Shown: one piece after another, positions 37,346 through 50,016 of the stretch
Layout: every line of letters starts with the position of its first letter
How positions within the stretch are numbered: position 1 is the stretch's first letter
DNA from: Balanoglossus misakiensis
Lineage: Eukaryota > Animalia > Hemichordata
Assembly (NCBI GenBank): GCA_040954595.2
Contig: CM082591.2
Span: 4,697,957-4,761,956 of the forward strand
Length of the DNA stretch: 64,000 nt
Reading direction: 5' to 3'
Program-made: the position numbers and the translations under genes
Notes under the pieces: model-generated
Told to the model about the DNA's origin: nothing
The model's input: the letters and a program-made list of their open reading frames with translations, nothing else
Database searches by the model: none

Positions 37346-39411
37346 ATGTTGATGCCAAAAAAGAACCGAGTCGCCATCTATGAACACCTCTTCAAGGAGG
37401 GTGTCATGGTAGCCAAGAAGGATTTCCACCTACCAAAACATCCCGAGGTTGACACAGTGCCCAACCTCCACGTTATCAAGGCGATGACGGTAGGTTGGTT
37501 TCCAGTAATGAACACAAGACCGTCCAGTCATGTGTTTACAACATATATTTGTAAATAAAAACAATGTGTAGTTTTCCATTCTTTTCATGATTCTTTGTTC
37601 TATTTCACTTGTTACCCAATGTTCATTTTGTCAACACCTACATACAATATTGCTTTTGATTCAATCGTTATCAATTTCATTGTCCAAAGCAGTCTGATAG
37701 TATGCTAAATGAAATGGTAGTAACATTACCCTTTTACCGCCATGGTTTGATCCAAATGTATTGTTTTTCTATGGTAACATTGGACTTCTATAAGAGGGAA
37801 CTGGGGGTGAAAGGGTTAAATCAGCTGATGTAATGTTTCCCTTTTTTCTGCAGTCACTGAAATCACGAGGCTACGTCAAGGAACAGTTTGCTTGGAGGCA
37901 CTACTACTGGTACCTCACAAACGAGGGAATCCAGTACCTCCGAGACTTCTTGCACCTGCCTCCAGAGATTGTGCCCGCCACTCTGCGCAGACAGACCAGA
38001 CCAGAAGCCGCGAGACCTAGGCCCAAAGGTGAGTGAAATGGACGAGTCTGTCAGTTTCCCGAAGTCAGGAAATTGTAAAATATGCAATCCACTGTGTTGT
38101 GTGCCTCACGTTCTTTCTGCGAAGATGCTGTGTATGCTTGTCTTGGTTTTGTATTCAATGAAAAACCTGTGTGCCATGTTCATCATGGTGTATGACAGGG
38201 TGTTCCATTTTATATATGGGGGATGGGGTGATTAACACCTTGTTGGCATGTTGTCATCCCCCAACAGTTTGCCATGGGGGGACTAGCACTTTCGAGATGT
38301 TACATTCCCATATACCGGAGTGGAATAACCCCAAATATTCTGGCAAAAGGAGAAACTCCCACCCCCTGTGTTGATAACATACTAGCTGGATAACTGACTA
38401 ACTTATTTTTTTCCCGAACCAGGATTTGAACCATCCAAAGGACCAGCAGCTCAATCAGAAGACAGACAAGCGTACAGGCGAGGACCACGTAAGTGAAAAT
38501 ATAGTCTCTATGTACCAATATGATTGGATGCAACTGACATTAATTGAATTTAGTGTGTGCCTTAAAAAATCTTAAACTTTTTCCTCATATTTTGCTCAAG
38601 GCAACTTGAGATTAGTTTCTCATAATATTAAGAATAAAAAATGGGGGTTACCATGCAAAATTTTGTATGAGAGAGCAAAATTGTCTCAAATTTACAATTA
38701 AAAATGGCGTTTCTGTGATTGTTTTTTCTAAAATAATTATCGGAAATTGATGCTTACATAAAAAAAAATTGTATATTTGTAAGGTTTTTGATAAGAGTTG
38801 TTCCTGACCCAGATCATGTCTTGTACCATTGATATTTACACTAACCGGCCAGGTTCAGGATGTGTGATTGATGAGTGGTTTCTCTTTTTGTTTATTCCAC
38901 CCACAGCTGGTGCCGGACCCGACAAGAAGGGAGATGCTGGCCCCGGTCCGAACCCAAGCTTTGAATTTGTAAGTTTATCGCGCTTCCTGTTTCATTATAA
39001 CCCCGACAAGTTTTGATGAAATGCTGAAATCGAGAATGTTGGTTTGAGGTTCCAGATCTGTACACTGCATTGCTGTGACCAGATGCTGGTCTGTTTGACA
39101 TGGGGGGGGGGGGGGGGGGGGTAGTGTTGACTGTAAAACAGGGAGAAAAAAAACGCTGAGGCCTTTTGTTTCACTTAGGCATTACCCGGTTGTAGACACT
39201 AAGCTGTCTTTGCTTGAAAAAATTTCATATGCAGTGAGAAGTCTTGCTATAACAGAACTTTTCATTCAAAATCTGCTAGATTGTTTATAAGACACATAGT
39301 CGTACATGTAGTAATTGTTCATTGTGTCAGAATGCTGAATTTTGTGTGTGTCTTTGTTTCTTTTTGCAGAGAGGTGGATTTGGACGAGGCAGAGGTGGAC
39401 CCCCTTCGTAA
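37346..39411 (+). CDS. RPS10: 40S ribosomal protein S10 (eS10), 162 aa
   Basis: Exons 37346-37489, 37854-38028, 38423-38488, 38907-38968, 39370-39411 (TAA). [114 protein letters not shown] at 39463-39468. Confidence 0.98.
37729..37815. mobile_element. About 85-bp piggyBac-like MITE, copy 5 (reverse), in an RPS10 intron
   Basis: CCCTTTTACCGCCATGGTTTG...GGGAACTGGGGGTGAAAGGG-TTAA. Confidence 0.75.
39102..39121. repeat. Poly-G tract (a second one at 43228-43247)
   Basis: About 20 consecutive G. Confidence 0.9.
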
Positions 39412-41161
39412 TCTGTTGGCTTTTCTGATGTACAGTGTCTTAACGAGAACTTAACGAAGGCAATTAAAAAAAATATTATTTGACACCAGCCGATGACGTG
39501 TGTTAGACTTGACTATGTTCCAGTGCCGATGCTGTTGTCATCGGTAAATAGGCAGAGAACCTTGACCGATGACGTAGCACCAGGCCACTGGAAGTTGAAG
39601 GGTGGGTGTTCTGTGTGGGGCTGCGGGTATGGGTCCCATAAAGACACAGTTGCAAGCAAGTCAAAGAAGGCACATGCATATACTCAGAAATAGAAAAAGG
39701 AATGTCTTGCCAACCACCATTGTATGGGCACAAGGCTAAAAAAGTATGTTTTACCCCACCTTGGATAAAAGAGATACCATTTTCATTTCCCCATTCAACT
39801 TTGATAAAAGATGGTTGTATCATTACATTGTCAAAATAACACTCTCCAATGATCTGTAATATGAGAAAGCTTTGTCCCTTTCATAGAATTGTTACCATGA
39901 CTTCAAGTAAGGTCAATCACACGCATATGGTGTGATCGGAAGCTTCCGGCTGCACTGAACTCTTTGTCCTTAAAAGTGGGTCAAGATCACCTGTGTGACA
40001 TAATTTACTGAGAGAAATTAAATTCATGTACATGTACAGCCATTGTGAATTTGGCAGTGTGGTATATTGAGTTATGGGTCTTGCATCAAAGATGGTTAAA
40101 ACAGTATTTCTTGTACACTTCAATAGAATCACTTCGGTGTGTTTACCTTTTAGTAATCTTCATTACTGCTGTGTGTTGCCCTTGAAATAATCATGCCTAA
40201 AATTTGGTTAGCAACGGAGAGGTCTTCCCTTCCCATCATGCACCTGGTGGATTTACCTCGGCGCCAAAATTCTTGGCCTGCATCATTTCCCAAAAGGAAA
40301 CAGTACATTGACGACGGAGGGGGCAGTGCCGTTTTCAAACCTTGATATATTCCATGACTTCCAAGGACAATGCTGAATGGAAGTCAATCGGATGGAACTG
40401 GAATGGTTTACGGAAGTTGGTCATTGAGAAGGTCGTCGTGAAGGTCGTTCCTTGGAAACAAGCGAGGTTGTTTTTTTGAGCTTCATCGTTTGTTGCCACG
40501 GATATTTCAAGCAGAGTTTGAACAGGCAACGCAATAGCAAGGCATTCGCAATAAACTCTAAATTTCGCTTCACGTAATATTGATTTTAATATCGATCCCA
40601 GCGTTTAATTTAATGCGAAATTATGCATGTTGCAATGTTTTAACAATTTCTTGTATTTATATGACAACGTTCAAAGTTCTACGTTGTGTTTAATATAAAA
40701 CGTCAATATAGGCCTTCCATATTACGCCTCCCTAATCGATAAAAAAAACTGATTGATTGAGCGAGCAACGTCCCATCGATCGCTAAATTCTATTTTGGTC
40801 TCTTATCTTCCTAAACGACCCTGATAAAAATGTAAATTCATCAGCATTTCTAAAATTAGGAAAGACGGATTTCACCCAGAAAAGACGAGGTCGCGGTCAG
40901 CAGTTCCGAGGAAACGCGTTGCGTGTATGTATTCTCGCAGTTTATCGCGAGACTTGGAATAGAAAGCGCACGTTCGAAATTCGCTTGTTCCAAAAGAACG
41001 CCGACATCGCAACTTTTTACATCGGAGTTTACGCCAACCGTTCTCTTGGATTTGCGACGTTTTATCGAAACGGATTTGAGACACCGAATTTCTGCCTCGC
41101 CTCCAGCGAATCGGATTTTTAGACTTGAACGCAGTATTTACAATTTTCAATGTTTGTGGCC

Positions 41162-44100
41162 ATGGCAGAGGAAAAACGTTCGCAAAGAGTTAGGAAGTCC
41201 TTCTGGGACGTCAACCAATACAAGAAGACAGTCAAACGGATTGAAAATGGACACAAGTAAGATATATTCTCATTGTTTTCTTCAGTTGTAATCAGAGAAT
41301 CTCGCTAATGAATATAATTATCGCTCTATTGTCATTCACAAGTGAATAACACCACGTTAGTTCTTGTAATTTTAAATTAACATATTCGTTTACTAAACAC
41401 CTGGTGTATAATGGCGACGATACAGGTGATTACTCAATAGCTGTGAAACTCGGCTGATAATGAACCAGTTGACTGTACACAACGGCCACCCCACGGTGTG
41501 GTGTTGAGTGACCGTACCGTGCCACGCACGCATATACGAGATGAATACCTGTGCATTGCAACGATGTCCATTCATAGATGTGCTAATATATTTAGACTTA
41601 TTATACAATGTGATATCGTATACCTCAGCTGTTTCCTGTCAAAGTTCAGATTTCTGTCGATCGTTTCATGTACAGAAGTTCTAAACAAATATGCTTCTTG
41701 AAAAATACTGAGTTGAGTTGACCGATATTACGAAGAAGTGTGTGTACGCGTGAACACAAAGTCGCGGATAGCACATACCCGGCTATATAGCTTCGTATAC
41801 GCGCCAGTTTTAGCTTCGACGGGTTATCTAATTTTTCCTGTCTAAACTTTTACTGTTATTTTCAAGATTCACCCATTGCGTAATGGTCAAATTTGTTTAC
41901 TTCCATATGTCATGTCATCTGTCATCTTTGTCAATTTGTATTTGAGAGTTTAAGAGAGGAGAGGAAAGGGGGAGAGACAGAGACATGGGGACGGAGAGAG
42001 ACATACTATTGGCCCGGCAGAAGTTTACACAATCAAACAAAAAAAGCCATCTTGCCCGATGCGATCACCTGACACCATAGTATCCTTCCGAAGGAAAAAG
42101 AATTGGATGTACTGTGGCGATAACATTAAATTTGATGCAAAGCGCATCCGCAGCAATCTATGAAATAGAATAGGGCTTCGCCAAACGAAAACTACCGGTC
42201 ATCTAGTTGTGTGAATACTAAAACGGAAAAATTACATTTTCCGCGACCTGTTGGCTAATGGGTTGGCCTCTCGTGTGCATACTAAGACCGGATATTTATT
42301 TTTACAATTAAACAACTTTGATGTCATGGCTGTTTTTCAGGTCATGCGACGAATTCATGGCGATGGTACAGGAGCGAGCCGAACTGGAGATGAAATACGC
42401 CAAAAGTCTGAAGGCGTGGGCGGAGAAATGGGAAGAAAAAGTTGTCAAAGGTATGATACCAAAGCCGTCATGTGTTGTGTTGTGTTGTGTTGTGTTGTGT
42501 TGTGTTGTGTTGTGTTGTGTTGTGTTGTGTTGTGTTGTGTTGTGTTGTGTTGTGTTGTGTTGGGTTGTGTTGTGTTGTGTTGTGTTGTGTTGTGTTGTGT
42601 TGTGTTGTGTTGTGTTGTGTTGTGTTGTGTGTGTTGTGTTGTGTTGTGTTGTGTTGTGTTGTGTTGTGTTGTGTTGTTGTGTTGTGTTGTGTTGTGTTGT
42701 GTTGTGTTGTGTTGTGTTGTGTTGTGTTGTGTTGTGTTGTGTTGTGTTGTCTTGTCTTGTCTTGTCTAATGTCTTGTCTTGTCTTGTCTAATGTCTTGTC
42801 TTGCCTTGTCTTATGTTGTGTCACAGCTATAGGCGATTAAACAAACGCGCATGTGAACTGAATCATTCCAGGTCCCGAGTACGGCTCCACTGCGTCGGCA
42901 TGGAAACACAGTCTCCAAGAATCTTTTCAAATCTCCAAAATACACGAAGAATGTAGGTTGAAGTTACTTGCTCCGGAAGGACCGTTACAGAATATGCAAA
43001 AGTGAGTTCGGTCTTTTCAATTTTTATTTCACGAACGCGTAGGTATAGTGCTAACCTTTCACTGTATCACCGAATATCCATTACGTTGACAATTAGTTGC
43101 GTGGACCGAACCACGGTGATCATGGGTTAGAATCAAACCGCATTTTTTTTTTCACTATGGCCATCCACTGGCAGTCGAGGAGAGACCCGACCTCGGTAAG
43201 ATCGCATTGTCTGCCGTTGTAAATTCCTGGGGGGGGGGGGGGGGGGGCTCGGCCATTTGACTGCTACCGTCGAAACCATGAATATGTACATCGGAATTTC
43301 CGACCAATAAACAAGTAGTTAAAACCACTGATTAGCATAATATTGTTCACAGGTGGAAGAAAGACAATTATCGCAAGCTGACATTCGGCGGTTACCAAGA
43401 GATTCGAGAAGCAGAGGAAGGATTCGCGGCTGCGCAGAAAGATTATGCAAAGCAATTGGTCAAGACAAAGAAAGCGAAAAAGGTAAATATTAAAGAGTCA
43501 CTTGTCAATGGAATTTCACACTTGCGGAAACAACTGTTGAGTGGAAAACATTGATGGATGCTGGTTCAGTGCGCGCGTTTCACGTCATCCTCAAATGGGC
43601 GAAATTTCAGGGTGTCTCAAGTTTTGTCCAAAAAATACAGTAATGGCCTTTAAACGGTTCCGTATCCAATGGCACTTCGGAATCCACAGTTTCCCCAAGA
43701 CACCGGTTTATGACTCAAGACGTGTTCGTTTGTCCACCAAACGTGACCCGTCAAACTCAAAGGCTCTATCAAACCGATGTTTTGTTTTGCCTGTCTCTCA
43801 GGATTACCACATAGCCTGCACCAACGTGGCCAAAGCGCAGGAAGAACTGGACACGCAGACTCTGTCGCCGTCATCGAACCCAGACTCGTTGCGGAAACTG
43901 CAACAGAGAGTGGAAAAATTGGTCAGCGAGCAGGAGAAACTGAAACAACAGTACCAGCGGCGACTTCTAGAATGCCACGGGGACTTGAAATCAAAATATG
44001 TACAGGTGAGCGTTTCTATCATCATCATGGTCATTGTGATCAACATCATTGTCGTCGTCGTCGCCACCACCACTACCACTATCGTCACCAGCGGTTGACA

Positions 44101-46302
44101 TACATTTTGTATATCATCATCTCTTGCAATAAAATGCTTTTCCTTAATTAAAATATATGTTGTGATATTTCTGGTCATATTTCTCATGTGGTATGGTCTT
44201 CCCCCTGTACCCTGAACATAATCAAACCTGATCGAACGGCCGAGTACTTGAGATCACTATTTTTACTTTCTCTTCTTTGCAGCACATGACAATTCAGTTT
44301 GACAAATGCCAGGACTTCGAGAAGAAAAGATTGGATCAGTTCAAGGAACAATTGAACCACGCCCTCAAATGCGTCGACGTCTCTCTGTCGCCTAAGTAAG
44401 TTTCACCATTTCACCCTATTTCACTGTGTAGAGGTCCACTATACCAAAGAAAACAATAGATTTGGACCAAACCATAGTGCAGAAAGGGTTGTGTATGTAG
44501 CTCCACATATTCAACACAATTATTGATCGAAAATTTCTGACATTGTCATTAGACGTTACATAAGTGAGGCCTGTGGACAAAACGTGTGTTAAGATTTATT
44601 TCCGTCACCTTCGGCCAATAATTCCTTGAAACTTAAGTTTTTCTTGTTTCTCGTTCAGCTTCCAGAGCACGTACAAGCAAGCGTATGGATCTATCCAATC
44701 GGCCGACGCAGGCAAAGATCTGGATTCGTGGAGAATTAAGTATGGCACGGGAATGGAGCCAAACTGGCCCAAATTTGAAGTACGTACGCTTTCCTGTATA
44801 TACCTAGACTAGCCCACTAGTCGCTTGGTGATTTTTTAATCTCAATACTTTTTGTGTTTTCGGTGTTTTTTGTCTAATTGCAATAGTTGTTGCGTGCATG
44901 CTTGCCTTGAGCGTGTTTTTGGTAGTGAGGTGAGTTTCGAATTTGGGACTGAGCTTGTGGTTTCGGGTTATGGGCCTATGCGTTCCCTTACGCGTTCCCT
45001 ACACATAATGAAGCCCATAGACTTGATACCACACGTTCAATCATTTGAAGAAATTGAACTCGTGTTGTACGTTAATCAACTTTTTATGTTACTCGACTTT
45101 CTCGTCCACAGGATTACGATGTTCAGGCTGACGGCAGGAAATTTAGCTTTGCCCCTCGAGCATCGAGACCATCACAGACATTTAGAGATGACGGGTACGT
45201 CCCTCTTTTGTATTTTGATCGGTTGTCGTGCACGTTTTGTCGCTTGTGGGACTAGGCTGGATATAGACCGGCCCATGCGTGTAGTCTCCCAATGATATTT
45301 TGGCACATTTTAAGTAACAGTTCCAATTTTGCTTTCACAGTCTTCTCGATGACGATTTCGATTCTGACGATTTTGACGACTATTCTGACGAAACAGACGC
45401 GGAGAGCAACACGAAAGAAGTGAATGGACACAAGGACGAAGGTGAGAGTATGTACCGTGACAATTTCATTTTTTTTGCGCCAATTAAATTTCTTGTATAC
45501 GTTCCACTTCGATGCCATAGTATATGTATTTGCCTGGTTATTTTCTAGACTCTCTCACAGCCCCTCTCGTCATCCACGCCGGCTTATGGACTGATTGCAT
45601 GTGTGCCCGGCGAGAGGTTCGCTACACAACACCAAACGGTGCTTCTCCCTTGCCAAACGGTTGAGGGCGCGTCAGTGAAGATCCTTATTGTAGCGAACCG
45701 TGGGCTGTGAGAGAGTCTAGTTATTTTCGTACCCAGCAATGCAATTTTTAAACAACACCGACAACGTTCAATTTGCAGATTCACACTCCCTGTACGACAA
45801 CATCCCGGCGCTGAGTCCGGCCAGTGAGGCCAGCAGCAGTCAACCCACGAGCGCCGGAGCACGCTCGCCATCAACGGCGGCAAGCAGTTTAGAAATGTTC
45901 GCCGTGAGGGCGTTGTATGATTTCGAACCGGCCTCCAGTGACGAATTGCAGCTGCGTGCGGGTAAAGTCTAACTTCTCCGAAAAATGTGAAATAACGCGT
46001 TTTTTTTAAACTGAAGAATTTTCTGCATGAAAAAAAAGTCGGTCGGAACATGATCAACTTGATGAAGGAAACCTCTCCATAACCTACCCGACTATTTCTA
46101 GTATCATCAACATTTTACAATGCAATTTTTGTGTAATTATTCTGTTCTTTTCGTAAATCTTCACTTCATAATATTACTGTGCTTTATTTTAGGTGACATC
46201 CTGACTCAAATCGGGAACGTGCACGACAATGGATGGGCCTATGGCAAGCTGCGAGACAAACTGGGGCTGTTTCCAGCCAATTATGTCGAAGCTCTCAGGT
46301 GA
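41162..46302 (+). CDS. PACSIN/syndapin-like F-BAR + SH3 protein, divergent paralogue (about 459-473 aa)
   Basis: Exons 41162-41256, 42341-42450, 42872-43001, 43353-43482, 43802-44005, 44283-44395, 44659-44779, 45112-45194, 45341-45441, 45779 (or 45737)-45961, 46193-46302 (TGA), all phase-consistent. Motifs: [66 protein letters not shown]...YGTGM..NWPKFE; SH3 VRALYDFE...DEL.LRAGD...GW..G...GLFPANYVE. Start context gccATGG (another in-frame ATG at 41150). Confidence 0.9.
42471..42822. repeat. (TTGTG)n microsatellite grading into (TTGTC)n
   Basis: Directly visible; produces the spurious CVVLC and HNTTQ ORFs. Confidence 0.97.
44404..44488. mobile_element. About 85-bp piggyBac-like MITE, copy 6
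   Basis: CACCATTTCACCC...AGAGGTCCA...AAACAATAGATTTGGACCAAACCAT...GAAAGGG-TT. Confidence 0.65.
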
Positions 46303-46929
46303 ATTCACAACTTCGATGAAAAATCTCGCGGTATCGGTTGCGTTACCATGGAAGCATTCTTTAGTGTTGGAATTGACTTTCCCACGCAGAACTAAGTCAG
46401 TTGCGCTATATCTTTGTGATCTTTCCGTAACTAGATGGGAAGAAATGCATTTGTCAACGAAATTTTAAAATTTAACGTATAATAAATACAAGTATTTAAC
46501 AAAATGTATGATTATGGTATTCGTAGGCATATATATATGCCTCAACATTTTAGTGAGTTTCCCATCGAAATTGTAAATGTCTGTAAATAAATTCTTCATT
46601 TAAACACATTTGATTGTCTGTAGTGATTTATATCACACTGTGTGTGCAAACGTCTCGAAAATTGTAGAACGGTTGTCAGTACGTGTAGTTTGCCAACTTT
46701 TGAGTTGTTGTACTAACTCTTGGATGAGTGTGACGGGGTTCTGTTCCTTCGAGTTTCATGAAATATAAATCGCTAAAATCCTAGAGAGGGCTTTAAAAAT
46801 TAAATCTCTATAAGCGAGAAAATTAGGCAGGTGAAAAGAATAAATTCGTTCGCCCTCAAAAGTAGTTTTTTTTTGTCGAAATGTGGGTCGGGGAAAAAAT
46901 GTTTCGCCGGGGCGCTGTGACCTCATCCA

Positions 46930-47102
46930 GAGGTAACCAATCATATGATTCGTTGTATAGCGATTAGCATCGTATGCAAATTTAGGCCACGACCCCACCC
47001 TGACCGCCATATTGGTTATCGTGGAGTTCCGGAAGGCAGCACGTTTAGTGGCAAAGTCGCAAGAAGGAACTGATATCGGCTAAAGAAAGCCAATTATTAA
47101 AG
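46930..47102 (+). promoter_or_regulatory. Probable promoter and non-coding first exon of the canonical PACSIN gene
   Basis: CpG-rich patch with CCAAT at 46937, ATGCAAAT at 46974, CCGCCAT (YY1-like) at 47004, ATTGG at 47011 and CCGGAAG (ETS) at 47029. Strong donor AAG|GTAAGT at 47102/47103; the matching acceptor is probably ttccag at 56391. Confidence 0.55.
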
Positions 47103-49930
47103 GTAAGTACTTGAAAATGAGTAGAACCTTGGCGCGGCTTTATCTGAATAACGACAGTTATTTCGGTAATGCTGCCATTCGCTCACAACTTCGGGTTGAA
47201 TACCGTGTGTCAAAGTTTGACCATGGCGTAACGACAAGCTTGCCTAATGTACACAGTGGCACTTCGACGGATCCGACACCCATACCGTGGTTTTATTCCG
47301 CTGAAATACAACACTTTTCTTAGACGTAGGCAGTTTATGTCTTATATACACAGTTATTTGTTCATATACTTCAATAATGTGAACTTGGACAGGAAGTTTT
47401 GGTCAACTTGTGAACGTGAGCGACTGTCGGCCACCGGCAAGAATTTTAAGGCAAGGGGGGTGTTACCACACAACCTGGGCGGTCACCTGGGACAATATTG
47501 ACCCTGGCCCCTTTTGGTGACTATTTGTCGAAAAATTGCCGAAAACCACTCCTTAAAAACAGCCTCGGTTGTGAATATATGGTCGGTTGCATCTGTGTCT
47601 GAAATGTTTGCGGAAGCAGGAAGTCTTTGACAGTCTACTTCACAGTCACACGTCCGCTTGGGACATCACGATGTGTTTAGGCCAGGGTTTATAAAATAGT
47701 CTAGATGCTGCTTTTAGATTATTATACATGCAAACACTAAACAAATATCTATTACGTGCCAACACTAAAATTAATCTTTTGTGCAAACACTTCGACCAGT
47801 GTAAATGTTGAAATAACGGTAGTAGTTCTGGGGTTGATAGAAGCAAAATTACTTATGGGTACCTGGTTTAATGTGTTTGAAATGTACATGCCCATGTCGA
47901 TTGTTGAAATATACATGTTCGCTCTAAAGTTTGTGATCTTTGCCTTGTTTCACCTGATGAAAAACCAGATAGCTACTGTAGTTTATGGCAAAACAAAATC
48001 TTCAATAAAAGAATAATCAGGGAAAAACGATGAAAACGTATGTTGTAATAAAAACTGTGCAAACCCATATAACAACTTGCAATAGTATATTCCACAAATT
48101 CATATACTTCTGAATATTACAGATTATTATATTATCATAAAAGACTTGAAACATCACCGTCCCAACATTCTTTAAATATTTTAACTCGGAAATGATTTAC
48201 ATTGCGATAAAAGTGTGGCACCTTTCTGGTATGTAAGGTGGGAAGGTCTTTGGGTTGTGGTTGCTCTTGAAAGGTGGAAGAAAGAAAAGAGGTCAAGGCC
48301 AGTGTGACCTCTGCTCGCCGTACATACCTGGCCTGCTGTGTATTTTCACCTGTGCCAGTCTTTAATTGGTGAGACTATTTTTAGTCAATCTGTACAGTAC
48401 ATGTATGTATTACGTAAGTGACATCAATGTGTTGGGTAAATGCTTTTGTGTGTGTGTAGACTTGGCAGAAGTCCGTGAAAATGCATTAGGGCTCTGAAGG
48501 CTAGTCTTGTACAGGTGACAAGTCAATGGACATAAAAAGGGCATGATTGATGATCAGAACTGGAGAATATATAGTGAGGCTGTGTTTAGTATTCTCAAGA
48601 ACAAGATTGGGGTGTAGTGAACGATACTCCCCATAGGTTTTCCTGTGTTCTGCATATATAGACGCAATCTTGTTCTTGCGAATACAAATCTGAACACAGT
48701 CTGAACAGAGCATAATCTGGCCCTTCTTTGTAGAAAAATAAGCTGTGATTTTGTGTTCAGTGGTAAAATGGAAATGACATTATCAGTGATTAATTTATAA
48801 TTTGGTTATAACTGTTAGTTATCCTGTGGATGTCTTGACCCATTAACAGTCACAACAAGCAGATATTTTAGTCTTGGTGTGAAATCAAACTACTGAAATG
48901 ATAAACTGGGCAAGACTGAAGTAAACATCTAAATTATAAATTGTACGGGAATACTTTTGTAAACTGAAAACCCAAAAGACTGATATTATTGTCTAGTGTG
49001 TAGTTTGGTTTACAATTCCACTGTATGTACACAGTACAAGGTTGACCAGATTCCCATCAATAGACATCTGGTGTAAAATTTCACTCAGTCCCCGAGGTAA
49101 TAAAACGTTTTCCATTGAAAGCTTGCTTGACATAAATGCTTGGCTGAATATACATGCGATTGTTTGTATGGGCTGTGTCCACAAAAGAAAGTTCAGTTGT
49201 TTTGATTTGTGAAAGGGAAAGGTGACCTCAAAATGGCTGACGGGGTCACGCGCTGCAGATGTTCATTTGTGATGATTTGTGATCATAACTTTGATATTTA
49301 AATTTATTGGCTGTTCTGAGTCATTTATGTGTGTTGGAAATTAAGGATTTTCGCAGAGGAATGTTCAGAGAGTGAAATGTACATAAATTTCCAGCATGGT
49401 TTTGTATGGAAATATGGCATTTGTAGTACAAAAAAAAATGTGTATGGTTTAAGAAAACACAACAAAAACCCTGAAAAAGGGCCAATAGATCTGTAACAGC
49501 TAATGGACTATTAACTGAGACATTCCAACTTGGAAAATGGTTTTTCCTTGGCCTATATTATATAATTTAGTGGACTGTTTCTTGCAGTATAAAGTGAGAA
49601 TTTTTGTTTCGTCACTGGTTTGCGTCTTATATCATGGGCTATATTTGAAATGTGACGCATACATGTAGCATTGTGTTGGTCCTGACCCAGTGTAAAGGGC
49701 ACAGCCTGTCTTTTGTTGTGTCATCTCTGGTAACCATTGAGGAAGTTAGAATCTGAGAACACGGAAGTTGATAACCTATGCATCATACCCCCTGTCTACC
49801 AACAGATTAATATTCATGGTTCAAGTCATTGTGTGGTCATTATGTGTTGTAATGTTGCATGCAGTAAATGTATATACAATCACAGAATTACACTAAAAAT
49901 TCCTGGTCTCATGTCACCAGACAGATATAA

Positions 49931-50016
49931 CCCTTTCACCCCCAGTTCCCTCTTTAAGAGGTCCAACCTTACCATAGAGAACAATTGGTTTGGACTGAAC
50001 CATGGTGGTGAAAGGG
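49931..50016. mobile_element. About 85-bp piggyBac-like MITE, copy 7
   Basis: TAA-CCCTTTCACCCCCAG...GGTGGTGAAAGGG-TT with perfect 10-bp TIR CCCTTTCACC. Confidence 0.8.

Noticed and set aside
39900-41150. Possible minus-strand gene sharing a promoter with the divergent PACSIN
   Set aside because: Only short ORFs, no recognisable domain, and no consistent exon chain could be built.
42251-42840. Cys/Val-rich and HNTTQ-repeat ORFs
   Set aside because: Translations of the (TTGTG)n microsatellite; only 42341-42450 is a real exon.
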